A stretch of DNA of 64,000 bases from an uncultured Eisenbergiella sp. (GTDB lineage: Bacteria > Bacillota > Clostridia > Lachnospirales > Lachnospiraceae): positions 53,955-117,954 of the forward strand of contig CAJUEL010000008.1 of assembly GCA_910585455.1 (NCBI GenBank), given 5' to 3'. Shown here piece by piece: positions 1 to 10,586 of the stretch (the first letter of the stretch is position 1; each line of letters begins with the position of its first letter). The position numbers were made by a program, and so were the translations under genes. The notes beneath the pieces are model-generated. The model made no database searches. It had not been told where the DNA came from and worked only from the letters and a program-made list of their open reading frames with translations.

Positions 1-157
1 AAGCGCACGCTGTCTTTAAAATTTTGCCCTTAAAGGAAGCTGATTTTTTGTATTCAATAAAATCATTTTCTATTCGTCTGTTTTGGATAATAGCATGAGA
101 CATCCGCCGGATATCTTCAATTTGCATAGAGTACCTCCACTATATATTTTATGGGCG

Positions 158-379
158 CTATTCAAAAATCCCAGCCAGAATCTCATACAGCTTCTTCGCC
201 TCAGTCTCCGTGAGGGTGATTCCCTTCCCCATCTTTTCGTGATCCGGCGCCCAATCGCGAATATCGTACTTCGCGCCCGCTCCGTTCCAGGAGACGAGGT
301 TGACTTCCCGGGACCAGCCCTTTGCGCTGGAGGAAATTTCGCCGAACTGCTTTTGGATTTCATATTTAATATCTGCCAT
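158..379 (-). CDS. YdbC/PC4-like ssDNA-binding protein
   Basis: 73 aa with GW.REVNLVSWNG..KYDIRDW.PDHEKMGKGITL signature. Confidence 0.85.
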   Translation of the reverse strand: MADIKYEIQKQFGEISSSAKGWSREVNLVSWNGAGAKYDIRDWAPDHEKMGKGITLTETEAKKLYEILAGIFE

Positions 380-527
380 GATTCATAATCCTTTCCCGCG
401 TGAAACGGCATGCGCCGTTTTCTGGCGTGCCATCATATATAAGTATTCTCTGGTTTTAAGTGTATCACAATATGGAAAGGAATGGAACAGAAAATGTGGA
501 GACAGAAATCTGTAAAAGTGGAAGGAA

Positions 528-559
528 CGTAACAATTCAGACTTGTCTGAACTGTTACG
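528..559. repeat. 32-bp dispersed palindrome, copy 1
   Basis: CGTAACAATTCAGAC-TT-GTCTGAACTGTTACG. Confidence 0.85.
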
Positions 560-683
560 AAGGAACTGCTTTTTGCGGGTCAGGAAAAAAGGAAAGAGCA
601 GGATATATATCCTGCCCTTTCGCATATAGCAGCGTGCCAGGAATGGCACAGAAAGGTCACTGTGGAAAATACGGCTGCCGCAT

Positions 684-1634
684 TCAAACCGGCCAGAAAA
701 CCTGCGCATCCCGATCGCAGTGCAGTTCCCCATTCCTTATGAAAAGCTCAGCGACCTGCACCACCGCCTTATTCCGGTCCTGTTTGGTCAGCGTCTCCGG
801 TGCGGAATCATCGTCATCGCATTCGGATGCATAGGGATGACAGAAATAGAAGAGAAACGCCCTCTCCCCACGGACAAGCACATCCGCATGGTGCCCGAGC
901 CCTCTGTCCATCGGTCTGTGTCCGGACTGCTCGAGAAGATTGGCACAGCGCGTCCAGTGGCAAAAGTCTTCGGAATGGTATACGGCGAGACCGCTCCAGA
1001 AGTCGGAGATCATCCATTTCTGTCCGCCCAGCTCGAACACGTTAGGGCCTTCCTGCGCGCAGTCGGTGACTTCCGCTCCCAAAACCGTCCATTCGTACAG
1101 GTCATCGCTGATAGCGGCGTAAGTTCTGCTGTCGTGCGCTTCATCCTTATACCACATTTTGTATCGGTGGGGAGCGATTTCATAAACGCAGGCGTCAATC
1201 ACCCGGTCGGATTTCAGGTCAAGCCGCCCGGCAAAGTTCCAGTCCCACAGATTTAACGAGGTATAATGGAGCATCTGTCTGGGATAATCCCAATCGGTGG
1301 GAATGCCTGTGATATAGGAAACGTACATGTGGTAAATTCCCTCTGCCCAAATGATTTCCGGCGCCCAGAAGGTGTTGTGACCACGCTCGATGTCCAGCCC
1401 CTCCAGCGTGCCGCGATACAGCCACTTGCCGCCGCCCCTGCTGGAGGCGACGCCGATTTTGGTACCGTGCACCCAGGAAACGCCGATGGCGGTATCGGTC
1501 GGGCGTCTCTGGGTATAAAACAGATACCACATGCCCTCCGCCTGATTCCATATGACGGTTGGATCCGTGGGACAGTCGTATATCGGATCCCTAAACAGAG
1601 GAGAAGGAAGTAAAATATCGTTTTGTTTGCTCAT
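684..1634 (-). CDS. Glycoside hydrolase, GH43-like five-bladed beta-propeller
   Basis: TDPTV, FWAPEI, VIDA, QEGP motifs; GGAG RBS before MSKQ; last gene of sugar ABC operon. Confidence 0.8.
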   Translation of the reverse strand: MSKQNDILLPSPLFRDPIYDCPTDPTVIWNQAEGMWYLFYTQRRPTDTAIGVSWVHGTKIGVASSRGGGKWLYRGTLEGLDIERGHNTFWAPEIIWAEGIYHMYVSYITGIPTDWDYPRQMLHYTSLNLWDWNFAGRLDLKSDRVIDACVYEIAPHRYKMWYKDEAHDSRTYAAISDDLYEWTVLGAEVTDCAQEGPNVFELGGQKWMISDFWSGLAVYHSEDFCHWTRCANLLEQSGHRPMDRGLGHHADVLVRGERAFLFYFCHPYASECDDDDSAPETLTKQDRNKAVVQVAELFIRNGELHCDRDAQVFWPV

Positions 1635-1702
1635 AGTAATCTCCATTCCGCCGCCAGGCCGGTGGCACAAATAGTAATGAAAGTCTACGTTCTTTCACAG
1701 CA

Positions 1703-2617
1703 TTATCCCTTCACAGAACCGACCATCACGCCCTTTTCAAAGAATTTTTGCGCAAAAGGATACATGATGATCAGCGGCAGGGCGGAAAGCACCATACATG
1801 CCAGCTCGATCGTTTTATAGTTGGAGGCAGAGTTGGACATGGTGGTGAGCACGGAAGACGCGCCTGCGCTCATGGTCTCGCCGAGCTGCGCCGCCGAGGC
1901 GCTGGACTTGGTGATTGAGAGCATGTAGTAAGATAACGTCTGGATTTCCGTGGACTTGGTATAGTACAGCGTCTGGGAATAATCGTTCCAGGTTCCCACC
2001 GCTGTGAAAATGCCCAGCGCGCTGATAACCGGCTTGGACAGCGGGATGACGAGCTTGAAAAAGACCGTGTATTCGCTGGCACCGTCGATTTTGGCGGATT
2101 CAAACAGGGAATCCGGAATCGCCTTAAAATTCGTGTTGAAAATGATCACGTTGTAAAAACCGCCGAACAGGCAGGGGATGATGTACACCCAATAGGTATT
2201 ATAAATATGCAGGGTATTAAACAGGATGAAATACGCGATTACCCCGCCATTCAAATACATGCTGACAAAGCCGATTGCCATATAAAACTTTTTCCCGGTC
2301 AGGTTATTGCGGGAAAAGCCATAGGCGAACATGGCGGTGATCAGCGTCTGCAGTATGGTCACGATCACGGTTCTGGAAAAGGTGATACCAAAAGCTTTAA
2401 AAATTTCGGGATTTTTTACCACCGCCTTCCAGCTGTCCAGAGAAAACTCTCCCGGCCAGAGCATGGAAAATCCGTTTTTGGCGATGTCCTGCGCACTGTT
2501 TAAGGAATTGATCAGGGAATACCATACCGGGTAAACCGTGATGATCATGATGATGGACATCACTGCCGTCAGGATGATGCGGAACCTTTTTTCCCTTCTT
2601 GATTTTATTTTATTCAT
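1703..2617 (-). CDS. Carbohydrate ABC transporter permease
   Basis: TM helices, ESAKIDGAS EAA motif, C-terminal GSVKG. Confidence 0.92.
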   Translation of the reverse strand: MNKIKSRREKRFRIILTAVMSIIMIITVYPVWYSLINSLNSAQDIAKNGFSMLWPGEFSLDSWKAVVKNPEIFKAFGITFSRTVIVTILQTLITAMFAYGFSRNNLTGKKFYMAIGFVSMYLNGGVIAYFILFNTLHIYNTYWVYIIPCLFGGFYNVIIFNTNFKAIPDSLFESAKIDGASEYTVFFKLVIPLSKPVISALGIFTAVGTWNDYSQTLYYTKSTEIQTLSYYMLSITKSSASAAQLGETMSAGASSVLTTMSNSASNYKTIELACMVLSALPLIIMYPFAQKFFEKGVMVGSVKG

Positions 2618-2637
2618 AGAGCCCTCCGTTTTTACGC

Positions 2638-3585
2638 CTAGAACAATCCATTATCAGTCAGTTTATTGGAAATGAAATTCGCCGCAGCCAGCAAAATGAT
2701 CGCCAGGATCGATTTGAAAATATTCACGGCCGCCGCCATGCCGAACTGGAGCTGCTGCATACCAACTTTGTAAATGTAGGTGTCGATCACCTCGCTCCGT
2801 TCCAGATTGAAGGAATTTTGCAGCACGTAAATCTGGTCGAAGTTATTGTTCATAATTCCCGCCACGGCGAAGATGATCATGATGACGATGGTTCCCTTGA
2901 TGCAGGGCAGCGTCACGTAGCGCATTTTCTGAATGCGGCTGGCGCCGTCCAGGTCGGCGGCTTCATACAATTCCTGGTCCACGCCGGAAATGGCGGCTGT
3001 ATATAAAATCGTGCTCCAGCCGAGTTCCTTGACGAGGTTGGAGAGGATCGCGATCGCCCAGAAATATTTGGGCTGCGCCATAAATACGATGGGGGTTTCG
3101 ATAACGCCGAGCTTTAATAAAATCTGGTTGAACAGTCCGCCGTCACCGCTCAGCAGCGTGATCACGATGCTGCCGAACACAACCCAGGAAATGAAGTGCG
3201 GCATGTAGGTGACTGTCTGGACGAAGCTCTTGAATTTTGCGTTGGCAATTTCATTGATGAACAGGGCAAAACCGATTGCCGCCAGAATGCCCACCAGATT
3301 GCCGATCAGGTTGATGCCCAGCGTGTTCACCAGCATCCTCCGGAAATCGAAATTGCCGAATATGATCTTAAAATTCTGGAAGCCATACCAGGGGCTTGTG
3401 AAAACACCCACAATTCCTTCCGTCACCTTATAGTTTTTAAAGGCGAGAAGCAGACCGAAGAGGGGAACAATGGAAAACAACAGCATCAGTATCGTGCCGG
3501 GCAGCAAAAGGGTATGCAGCTGGAACTGGGTTGCCAGGTCATATCCCGGACGGAAGCCCTTTTTCTTTTTCGTGTTTTTCATCAT
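2638..3585 (-). CDS. Carbohydrate ABC transporter permease (LplB-like)
   Basis: YMPHFISWVV, LYEAADLDGASR EAA motif. Confidence 0.92.
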   Translation of the reverse strand: MMKNTKKKKGFRPGYDLATQFQLHTLLLPGTILMLLFSIVPLFGLLLAFKNYKVTEGIVGVFTSPWYGFQNFKIIFGNFDFRRMLVNTLGINLIGNLVGILAAIGFALFINEIANAKFKSFVQTVTYMPHFISWVVFGSIVITLLSGDGGLFNQILLKLGVIETPIVFMAQPKYFWAIAILSNLVKELGWSTILYTAAISGVDQELYEAADLDGASRIQKMRYVTLPCIKGTIVIMIIFAVAGIMNNNFDQIYVLQNSFNLERSEVIDTYIYKVGMQQLQFGMAAAVNIFKSILAIILLAAANFISNKLTDNGLF

Positions 3586-3633
3586 ATTACAACACCTTTC
3601 CTTTTTTGATCAGGTCATAAGGGTACAGGATAG

Positions 3634-3680
3634 TTGAAGGAATGTATGGAAGCACAGACGCTTTCCATACATTCCTCCAA
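3634..3680 (-). other. Intergenic stem-loop after solute-binding protein gene (mRNA stabiliser/partial terminator)
   Basis: GGAATGTATGGAA...TTCCATACATTCC inverted repeat. Confidence 0.6.
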
Positions 3681-3696
3681 TAGCCAGGCTGTGTGA

Positions 3697-5436
3697 TCAA
3701 TGTGTGCCGGCGTTCACATTTTCGAGGCTGGCGCCTTTCTTATTGCAGTAATCCTTGTAGACTTTATCGTATTCCGCGTCGATATCCGCAACGCTGTAGC
3801 CGTTTAAAGTGTCGATCATGTTTTGATACTCTTTTTCAAAGTCGGAATCGGAGGTTGCCGTTACGATCTTTGCCTTCTGGGATTCCAGATAGTTGTCAAT
3901 CTGAGACAGGTTGATGCCCAGATCGCTGGAGGGCTCCACAACGGTGCTGTTTCTGAAATCGAGCAGGGAGGAATCATAAATGTAGGTTTTCTCATGCATG
4001 CCGAATGCGGGCATCAGAGCGACTTCCACGCCTCTGTTGCTGGTCGGGTCCGGAACGGGCTCCGTATGTCTTTCGAAAGAGGTATTGGCGAAGGGCCACA
4101 TCAGAACGTTGTTGTCATACTGTTCTGCATATCTCTTTTTTCCGTCCTCGGTCCAGGTTACGACGCCGTTTTCGTCTTTGGTGTAATCTGTGCCTTCCTC
4201 TCCGTAATAATTGATCAGCAGACCTTCTTCACTGGACGCCCAGCTTAAGAGCTTCGCGATCTTTTCAGGATTTTTGCAGTTTTTGGATACGAGTGTCTGG
4301 ATCCAGCCGGTTCCAGCCGCGTAATTGATGCCGATCACCGGTCTTGCGCCGTTGGAGGCGAGAATCGGACCATAGGATACCCAGGGCATGTTGGTTTTAT
4401 CCTGCTGAGCCTGGTTGCCGATCCAGCAGAAAACTCTCTTGGCATCCAGATAGGTTTTCAGCGCTGTTTCGTCGATGGTCAGAGTGTTCACATCCAGATA
4501 TTCCTTCTGGACCAGCGTGTTTAAGAATTTCAGCGCATTCTTATATTCGGGGCTTAATTCCGGATGGCGGTAGTTCCCGTCGTCATCGATGGGCAGAACG
4601 CCGAAGTTGTTGGCGACAACGCCGTCCAGGCTCGTGCCGATCCAGAGGTTACACTGGAGCACTACGGGAAGGACGCTCTGTCCGTCCACCTGATGGCCGG
4701 AGGTCTTCACCTTTTCACAGGCTGCATAGAAGCCTTCCTCCGTCTGTACGTCCTCGGGAGTGATGCCCAGCGCATCCATGATTTCCGTATTGAACATGAT
4801 ACATCCGTTGGAACCTTTTTCCACCACGTTGACCCAGATTTCATCATCGGGAGGGAATACCTCACGGTTGTTTTTGGACTCCATATGGCTGGGGTAGGAA
4901 TACCAGCCGCCGTACACATCCGTAAGAGCCTGCTTGATATCCTCAGGGAAATCCTTTAACAGGTGGGAATCAGGATCATAGGTTTCCAGGAAGGTCTTCA
5001 TATCCCAAACCTTGTCCGCTGCAACGAGCTCTCTGTACATGTCGCCGTTCGTGATGGACATGAGATCGGGAAGCTCGTCGGTCGCCAGCATCAGCCCCAG
5101 CTTGGTGGATGCATCTGTGGGGGGCTGTTCGATTTTTAACGTGAGACCGATATTGTCTTTGATGTAGCGGGTTGCGGGGGATTCATCCACAGACCAGTTC
5201 GCCGTGGCCGGACCCCAGCCGGATACGTCGGAGAACCAGTATAATTCGCTCACATCTCCGGAAGCGGCAGTGTCGGCGGGAGCTGCGGGCTCTGCCGTAT
5301 CGGCGTCCTGTGTCGCAGGCGTCTCCGCCCTGGTATCGGAGCCTGCCTGGGGAGCGCTGCCGCAGGCGGCAAGCCCGAGGAGCATGGCGCCGGAGACTGC
5401 CAATGTACAGATTTGTTGTACCATACGTTTTTTCAT
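3697..5436 (-). CDS. Sugar ABC transporter solute-binding lipoprotein
   Basis: Lipobox LAAC, Ala/Pro linker, LATDELPDL and YYGEEGTDY motifs. Confidence 0.9.
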   Translation of the reverse strand: MKKRMVQQICTLAVSGAMLLGLAACGSAPQAGSDTRAETPATQDADTAEPAAPADTAASGDVSELYWFSDVSGWGPATANWSVDESPATRYIKDNIGLTLKIEQPPTDASTKLGLMLATDELPDLMSITNGDMYRELVAADKVWDMKTFLETYDPDSHLLKDFPEDIKQALTDVYGGWYSYPSHMESKNNREVFPPDDEIWVNVVEKGSNGCIMFNTEIMDALGITPEDVQTEEGFYAACEKVKTSGHQVDGQSVLPVVLQCNLWIGTSLDGVVANNFGVLPIDDDGNYRHPELSPEYKNALKFLNTLVQKEYLDVNTLTIDETALKTYLDAKRVFCWIGNQAQQDKTNMPWVSYGPILASNGARPVIGINYAAGTGWIQTLVSKNCKNPEKIAKLLSWASSEEGLLINYYGEEGTDYTKDENGVVTWTEDGKKRYAEQYDNNVLMWPFANTSFERHTEPVPDPTSNRGVEVALMPAFGMHEKTYIYDSSLLDFRNSTVVEPSSDLGINLSQIDNYLESQKAKIVTATSDSDFEKEYQNMIDTLNGYSVADIDAEYDKVYKDYCNKKGASLENVNAGTH

Positions 5437-5574
5437 AGCTTTTCCTCTCCTTTTTGGTTGTTTATATTTTGTATTTTAGTATCGGGAAAGCCTTATTTGT
5501 ATGGACAATTTTTTTGAATTTTTGTCAGATTTTTAGATTCGTATGGACAGAAAAAGCAGCTTACCGGGAACAGC

Positions 5575-6327
5575 CTATAGCTGTTTCCGGTAAGCTGCAG
5601 GACTGATTCCGGTAGCCTTTTTATATACCTTTGTAAAATAGAAGTAATCGGGATATCCGACCCGGGCGGCGATTGTCTCAATGCTGTCGTTGGTGGTCCG
5701 CAGAAATTCCTGCGCCTTTTGGATACGGAATTCCATCAGATGTTCCCCGAAGCCCTTGCCGGTTTTCTTTTTGATCAGATTGCTGATGTAGCTTTCGCTC
5801 ATGCTGAATTCTTCGGCGAGCATTTGCAGGGAAAGTCCCTCCGCAAAGTGCTCCTGAATGAACCTCACCATATTCTGTGCCAGAGCCTTTTCGGATTGGT
5901 AGCCTTCGTCGGCGCTTTCTGAGGATGCGTTTTCGGGATCGGGGGTGTTTTTCGCGTCCAGAATCGATTTGGCTTTGTTCAGATAGTCGAGGAGCTCCTT
6001 TTTTTCCACCGGCTTTACCAGATATCCGAGGCAGCCGTATAAAAGCGCCTTCCTCGCGTATTCAAAATCCGTATATCCGCTCACCAAAAGGATCTCCGTC
6101 TTCCAGGCATTTTCCCGTATCGTCTTTAAAAGTGAAAGGCCGTCCATGCCGGGCATCCGGATATCGGAAATGATCAGATCAGGCTTTATCCGCTCGATTC
6201 GCTCCAGCGCCTGTCTGCCATCGGAGGCCTCTCCGCTGACGGCAAAGCCGTAATCGCTCCACACAATAAGGTTTTTTAAAGCCATCAGTGCCCAAGGCTC
6301 ATCGTCTGCCAAAAAAACATGATACAT
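5575..6327 (-). CDS. Response regulator, YesN-like (REC + AraC HTH)
   Basis: ADDE, DIRMPGMDG, KPV; AraC C-terminus VGYPDYFYFTKVYKK. Confidence 0.93.
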   Translation of the reverse strand: MYHVFLADDEPWALMALKNLIVWSDYGFAVSGEASDGRQALERIERIKPDLIISDIRMPGMDGLSLLKTIRENAWKTEILLVSGYTDFEYARKALLYGCLGYLVKPVEKKELLDYLNKAKSILDAKNTPDPENASSESADEGYQSEKALAQNMVRFIQEHFAEGLSLQMLAEEFSMSESYISNLIKKKTGKGFGEHLMEFRIQKAQEFLRTTNDSIETIAARVGYPDYFYFTKVYKKATGISPAAYRKQL

Positions 6328-6347
6328 AATATGCCCTCATTCATTGT

Positions 6348-8087
6348 TCACCCGACCGGAAGGAGCATTCGGATGCGGGTACCCTTCCCCCTGTAGCTTT
6401 CCAGTTCAAAAGCTGCTTCATGCCCGTAAAAGAGGCGTAACCTGCGATATACATTCAAAAAACCGATTCCCAGCTGCCCCTCTGCGAGCGTTGAATCCCG
6501 GTCATATTGCTCCATGGCGTCTTTTAACTGACAAATCCTTTCTTCATCCATGCCCTCTCCGTCATCCTCGACGATGATTTCCAGGTTTTTGCCGGAGGCA
6601 GAAACCTGCACCCGCACGCTGCCGCCGTCCAGTTTTCTTTCCAGCCCGTGAAGCACGGCGTTTTCCACCAGCGGCTGAATCAGCAGCTTGGGAATCCGCA
6701 TATGAAGCACGCTGCTGTCGGAGTCTACGGATATTTTATGCTTTCCCAGAAAGCGATGATGGATGATATTGGCGTAATGCTGCAGGTTTTCCAGAGCCTT
6801 CTGGATCGTTACCATTTCGTCCCCCTGTACGCTGTAGCGGAAAAAGCTGGACAGGGACATGGTCAGCTCCGCAATTTCCTCATCGCCCTTATACAGCGCC
6901 ATTCCCCGGATGCAGTTGAAGGTATTGTATAAAAAATGGGGATTGATCTGGCTTTTATAGGCGATCATTTCCGTCTGCTTTTTGGCGTATTCCAGCTCCA
7001 GATATTGCTTCCGGGAGTCAATGATCTTTTGGTTCAAGGCCTCGATATCGTCCAGCATGTCGTTCATCTTCCGGGACATTTCACTGATCTCGTTGTTTCC
7101 GGTCACTTCGATCCGCTGCCCGGTATCCTGTGTGAAATTTGCCATAAAAGCGGTTTGCCTGCTGATGGGCAGGATGATGCGTTTATAGACGGTGGTACAC
7201 ACCAGACACATGGCAAGCAGCACGACCAGGTATGTGATATAGTTTACCTTCTGAATCTGGGTCACGCCGGAAAGCATGCTTCTTTTGGGGACAACGCAGG
7301 TCATCCGCCAGTCCATTCCCCTGATCGGGCTGACATAGATCAGATTTTCTTCATTTTCCGTGGTTTCGGTCAGGGCAGAAAATTCCTCCTGCCACGTGCC
7401 GGCGCTGACGACCAGATTGCCCTTCCGGTCAAGGATTCCCACTGCCGATTCCTCGTTGGGAAGAGTGCCGTCCATGATGCTTTGCAGATATTTTACGTCA
7501 AAAAGCAGATAGACAGAACCAATCTGCGTATATCCCGTGCCCGTGTTCTCTAAAAATACGGGCATGCCCACCTCAAAATAGGCTTCGCCGGTCTTGGGAT
7601 CGCGCATACAGTCAGAATACAGATATAATCCTCTCTGCAGAGGTTCCTCCTGTCTGGGGAGGTACACGTCTCCCTTCGACGCGATGAGGTTTCCCTGTGT
7701 GTCATACAATAAAATATTTAAAAGATTTCGGTTGATTCTTCTGTTGTTTCCGACAACCTGGTAAAAACCGTCCAGATTCTTTACTCTTCCGGCAAGCCCC
7801 TCTGCCTGAAAAAAGTCCACGATAGAGTTGTTATGAACCACGTTCATGTGGAGACTTTCGATATCGTCTTCAAGAATTTTGATCCGTTCCTCCGCCTGCT
7901 GAAAAATGACCTCCAGGGACTGCCGTGATTCCTCCATGGCGGAGGAATTCACGATGTAGATTGTAGCCCCAAAGGACGCGGCAATGATGCATATGACAAA
8001 TATCAGCAGCAGTATGTATTCATAAATCAGTTTTCCTTTCCATTTTTCATTCTTTATAAAAAGAAAAAAACGGCTGATCCATTTCAT
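6348..8087 (-). CDS. Sensor histidine kinase, YesM-like
   Basis: 2 TM, HAMP, SQINPHFLYNT, QPLVENAVLHG, DDGEG, GIGFLNV. Confidence 0.93.
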   Translation of the reverse strand: MKWISRFFLFIKNEKWKGKLIYEYILLLIFVICIIAASFGATIYIVNSSAMEESRQSLEVIFQQAEERIKILEDDIESLHMNVVHNNSIVDFFQAEGLAGRVKNLDGFYQVVGNNRRINRNLLNILLYDTQGNLIASKGDVYLPRQEEPLQRGLYLYSDCMRDPKTGEAYFEVGMPVFLENTGTGYTQIGSVYLLFDVKYLQSIMDGTLPNEESAVGILDRKGNLVVSAGTWQEEFSALTETTENEENLIYVSPIRGMDWRMTCVVPKRSMLSGVTQIQKVNYITYLVVLLAMCLVCTTVYKRIILPISRQTAFMANFTQDTGQRIEVTGNNEISEMSRKMNDMLDDIEALNQKIIDSRKQYLELEYAKKQTEMIAYKSQINPHFLYNTFNCIRGMALYKGDEEIAELTMSLSSFFRYSVQGDEMVTIQKALENLQHYANIIHHRFLGKHKISVDSDSSVLHMRIPKLLIQPLVENAVLHGLERKLDGGSVRVQVSASGKNLEIIVEDDGEGMDEERICQLKDAMEQYDRDSTLAEGQLGIGFLNVYRRLRLFYGHEAAFELESYRGKGTRIRMLLPVG

Positions 8088-8108
8088 GATGACACTTCCT
8101 GTAGGAAT

Positions 8109-8903
8109 TTATTTTTTGCCGGACGTCTGGTGCAGATATACAAACCAGTAACCGATGCCCACCAGCATGCCGCCGGCCAGGTTGCCCAGCGTGACGGGAA
8201 GCAGGTTCTTTAAGAAGAAGCTGCCCCAGTTGAGCCCGTCTGCCGCAATCTGATACGCGCCAGATGAAAAAATGCCGGCGGGAATGTAAAACATGTTGGC
8301 GACACAGTGCTCATAGCCGCCAAGCACGAATATGGCGATGGGCAGATAGAGCCCGATCACCTTTCCCACTGCGGTGGACGCGCCGATGGTGATCCATACG
8401 GCGATGCATACGAGGATATTGCAGAGGATGCCGCGCAAAAATGCGTCGGAAAAGGAAAGCGAGGTTTTCGTGGCAGCGGTATTGACCAGGGTTTGCGCAA
8501 GCTGTCCGCCAAAAAGCCCTGCCGCATGGCTGTATACAAAGAGCGCCGCCACAAAAAGAGAACCTGCCAGATTGCCGAGGTATACAATGATCCAGCTTCG
8601 GAAAAGCTCGCTGATCCTGATTTTTTTCTCCAGAAGAGGAATGATCAAAAGATTGTTCCCCGTAAACAGTTCGCTTCCTGCCAGGACGACCATGATCAGA
8701 CCGCCCGGGAAAATCAGGGCATTGATGAGCCTTGCCGTGGAAGGCTCCGGAATTGTGGCTGAGGCAATTGTGGCGGACGCGCCCGCAATGGCGATGAAAA
8801 ATCCTGCGAAAATTGCGAGGACAAACATTTTGGCAGGCGGAAGCTTCGCCTTATTGACGCCGACTGTAACATATGTATTTGCGATTTGTGCTGGTGTTTG
8901 CAT
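8109..8903 (-). CDS. Formate/nitrite transporter family protein
   Basis: GSELFTGN, GILCNILVC, GYEHCVANM, VTLGNLAGG. Confidence 0.93.
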   Translation of the reverse strand: MQTPAQIANTYVTVGVNKAKLPPAKMFVLAIFAGFFIAIAGASATIASATIPEPSTARLINALIFPGGLIMVVLAGSELFTGNNLLIIPLLEKKIRISELFRSWIIVYLGNLAGSLFVAALFVYSHAAGLFGGQLAQTLVNTAATKTSLSFSDAFLRGILCNILVCIAVWITIGASTAVGKVIGLYLPIAIFVLGGYEHCVANMFYIPAGIFSSGAYQIAADGLNWGSFFLKNLLPVTLGNLAGGMLVGIGYWFVYLHQTSGKK

Positions 8904-9072
8904 GATATCTCCCCTCTGTTTTTCTGCGATTGATCTATTATCGCTTTATCGCTGTTTGTTATTTATTTTAGCACAATGCAGGGAATGGGGCAAGAATAAA
9001 TCCGTTTACAGAGAAAGTATGCCGTGTTAAGATAAAGGCAGGGGTATATAGAATGCAAAGGGGGTATTTTAT

Positions 9073-10074
9073 ATGGAAAAAGAACTGTTAAAACCGGGAC
9101 CGGTTCTGGACCGGCAGGGACGCCCGAATCCGGGCTATTCCAGAAAAAGCACACTGGTATATGAGAGGCGCGCGATCCGGGCAATGCCATGGAGGATCAA
9201 GGAGTGGGATTTTTATCAGGTGTCCGATAAGAGGCTGTGTCTGCAGTTTACGATCGGCCATGCGGCGTACGCGGGGCAGGTCAGTCTGATGCTGTTTGAC
9301 TTTGTAAAGGGGGAAAAGCTGCTGGATTTGAGCAAAATTCTGGCGCTGCCCTTCGGTTCCTTGCACATGCCGGAAAATACGGAATGTGATCACAGGCTGG
9401 TTTATGACAGGGGCGGCGTGTTCATGAGCTTTGAGGCAAAAGGCAAAGAGCGTATCCTGACCTGTCGCTGGGATCAGGTGGAGGCGTCTGTCCGGCTTGT
9501 GCGTAAAAATCCGGATTCTCTCGTGATCAACCTGCCCTTTGACGAATCGCCCCATGCTTTTTACTACAATCACAAAATAAACTGCATGACGGCGGAGGGC
9601 TGCGTTAAGGACGGACAGCGGGAATGGCATTTTGAAAAGGAATGCTCCTTCGGCATTCTCGACTGGGGCAGGGGCGTCTGGCCCTTCCATAATGAATGGT
9701 ACTGGAGCAACGGGACGGGATATGTGGATGGGGAAATGTTCGGCTTCAATCTGGGCTGCGGCTTTGGCAATACGGATACGGCGAGTGAGAACATGCTTTT
9801 TTATCAGGGGAAAAGCCATAAGCTGGGAAAGGTGGAATTCATCCTGGGAAAGGAATATATGGAGCCCTGGCATCTGAAGGACCGGGAAGGAAGGCTGGAT
9901 CTTGTGCTGACGCCGTTGTATGACCGGACGACAAAAACGAAGCTTTTATGGGTGGATAACTGCTGTCATCAGATGTTCGGCTCCTTTTGTGGGAAAGCAG
10001 TGCTGGACGATGGGACACAGCTTGCGGTGAAGGATGTGATATCCTTTGCGGAGCATGCGGTGAATAATTGGTAA
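9073..10074 (+). CDS. Conserved protein, DUF2804-like
   Basis: RIKEWDFY, YYNHKINC, LDWGRGVWP, GFNLG, HQMFG motifs. Confidence 0.75.
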   Translation: MEKELLKPGPVLDRQGRPNPGYSRKSTLVYERRAIRAMPWRIKEWDFYQVSDKRLCLQFTIGHAAYAGQVSLMLFDFVKGEKLLDLSKILALPFGSLHMPENTECDHRLVYDRGGVFMSFEAKGKERILTCRWDQVEASVRLVRKNPDSLVINLPFDESPHAFYYNHKINCMTAEGCVKDGQREWHFEKECSFGILDWGRGVWPFHNEWYWSNGTGYVDGEMFGFNLGCGFGNTDTASENMLFYQGKSHKLGKVEFILGKEYMEPWHLKDREGRLDLVLTPLYDRTTKTKLLWVDNCCHQMFGSFCGKAVLDDGTQLAVKDVISFAEHAVNNW

Positions 10075-10081
10075 AAAGGGC

Positions 10082-10139
10082 TTGACAGATCAGGTCTACA
10101 GGTATAGACTCATAATAAGTCTATACCTGTAGACCTGAT
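10082..10139 (+). promoter_or_regulatory. blaI promoter with double BlaI/CopY-type operator
   Basis: TTGACA-17-TAGACT overlapped by perfect 22-bp inverted repeat (10089-10110/10118-10139), each arm holding a TACAnnTGTA-like box. Confidence 0.75.
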
Positions 10140-10158
10140 TGCGTTACAGGAAGATCAT

Positions 10159-10190
10159 CGTAACGGTTCAGACCTGTATGAATTGTTACA
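10159..10190. repeat. 32-bp dispersed palindrome, copy 2
   Basis: CGTAACGGTTCAGAC-CT-GTATGAATTGTTACA. Confidence 0.75.
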
Positions 10191-10219
10191 GATTATCAGG
10201 AAAAGCGGATGGAGGAAGG

Positions 10220-10582
10220 ATGTTTATGGACGGAATGAAATTGAGTGACAGCGAATGCAGGCTGATTTGCGCGATCTGGGAGGACGAGCCGGTCAATTCC
10301 ACCGAGCTTGTGCGGCGCTGTGAGCAGAAATACGGATGGAAAAAATCGACGACCTACACAATTTTAAAAAAGCTGGAGCAAAAAGGCGCGGTGGAAAACC
10401 GGGATGCGTCAGTGGTATCGTTGGTGAACCGGCAGCAGGTGATGGAGCAGGAGGGCAGGGATCTTTTGGGCCGGATGGGCAGCAGCCTGCCGGACTTTTT
10501 CGCCGCTTTTTTAAAGGACAGGAAGCTGACGAAGGAAGAGGCGGCGCGGATTTACCGGATGATTCAGGATGTGGAGGAATGA
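10220..10582 (+). CDS. BlaI/MecI/CopY family repressor
   Basis: LSDSE..IW, WKKSTTYTILKKLEQKG; GGAGG RBS. Confidence 0.9.
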   Translation: MFMDGMKLSDSECRLICAIWEDEPVNSTELVRRCEQKYGWKKSTTYTILKKLEQKGAVENRDASVVSLVNRQQVMEQEGRDLLGRMGSSLPDFFAAFLKDRKLTKEEAARIYRMIQDVEE

Positions 10583-10586
10583 GATC

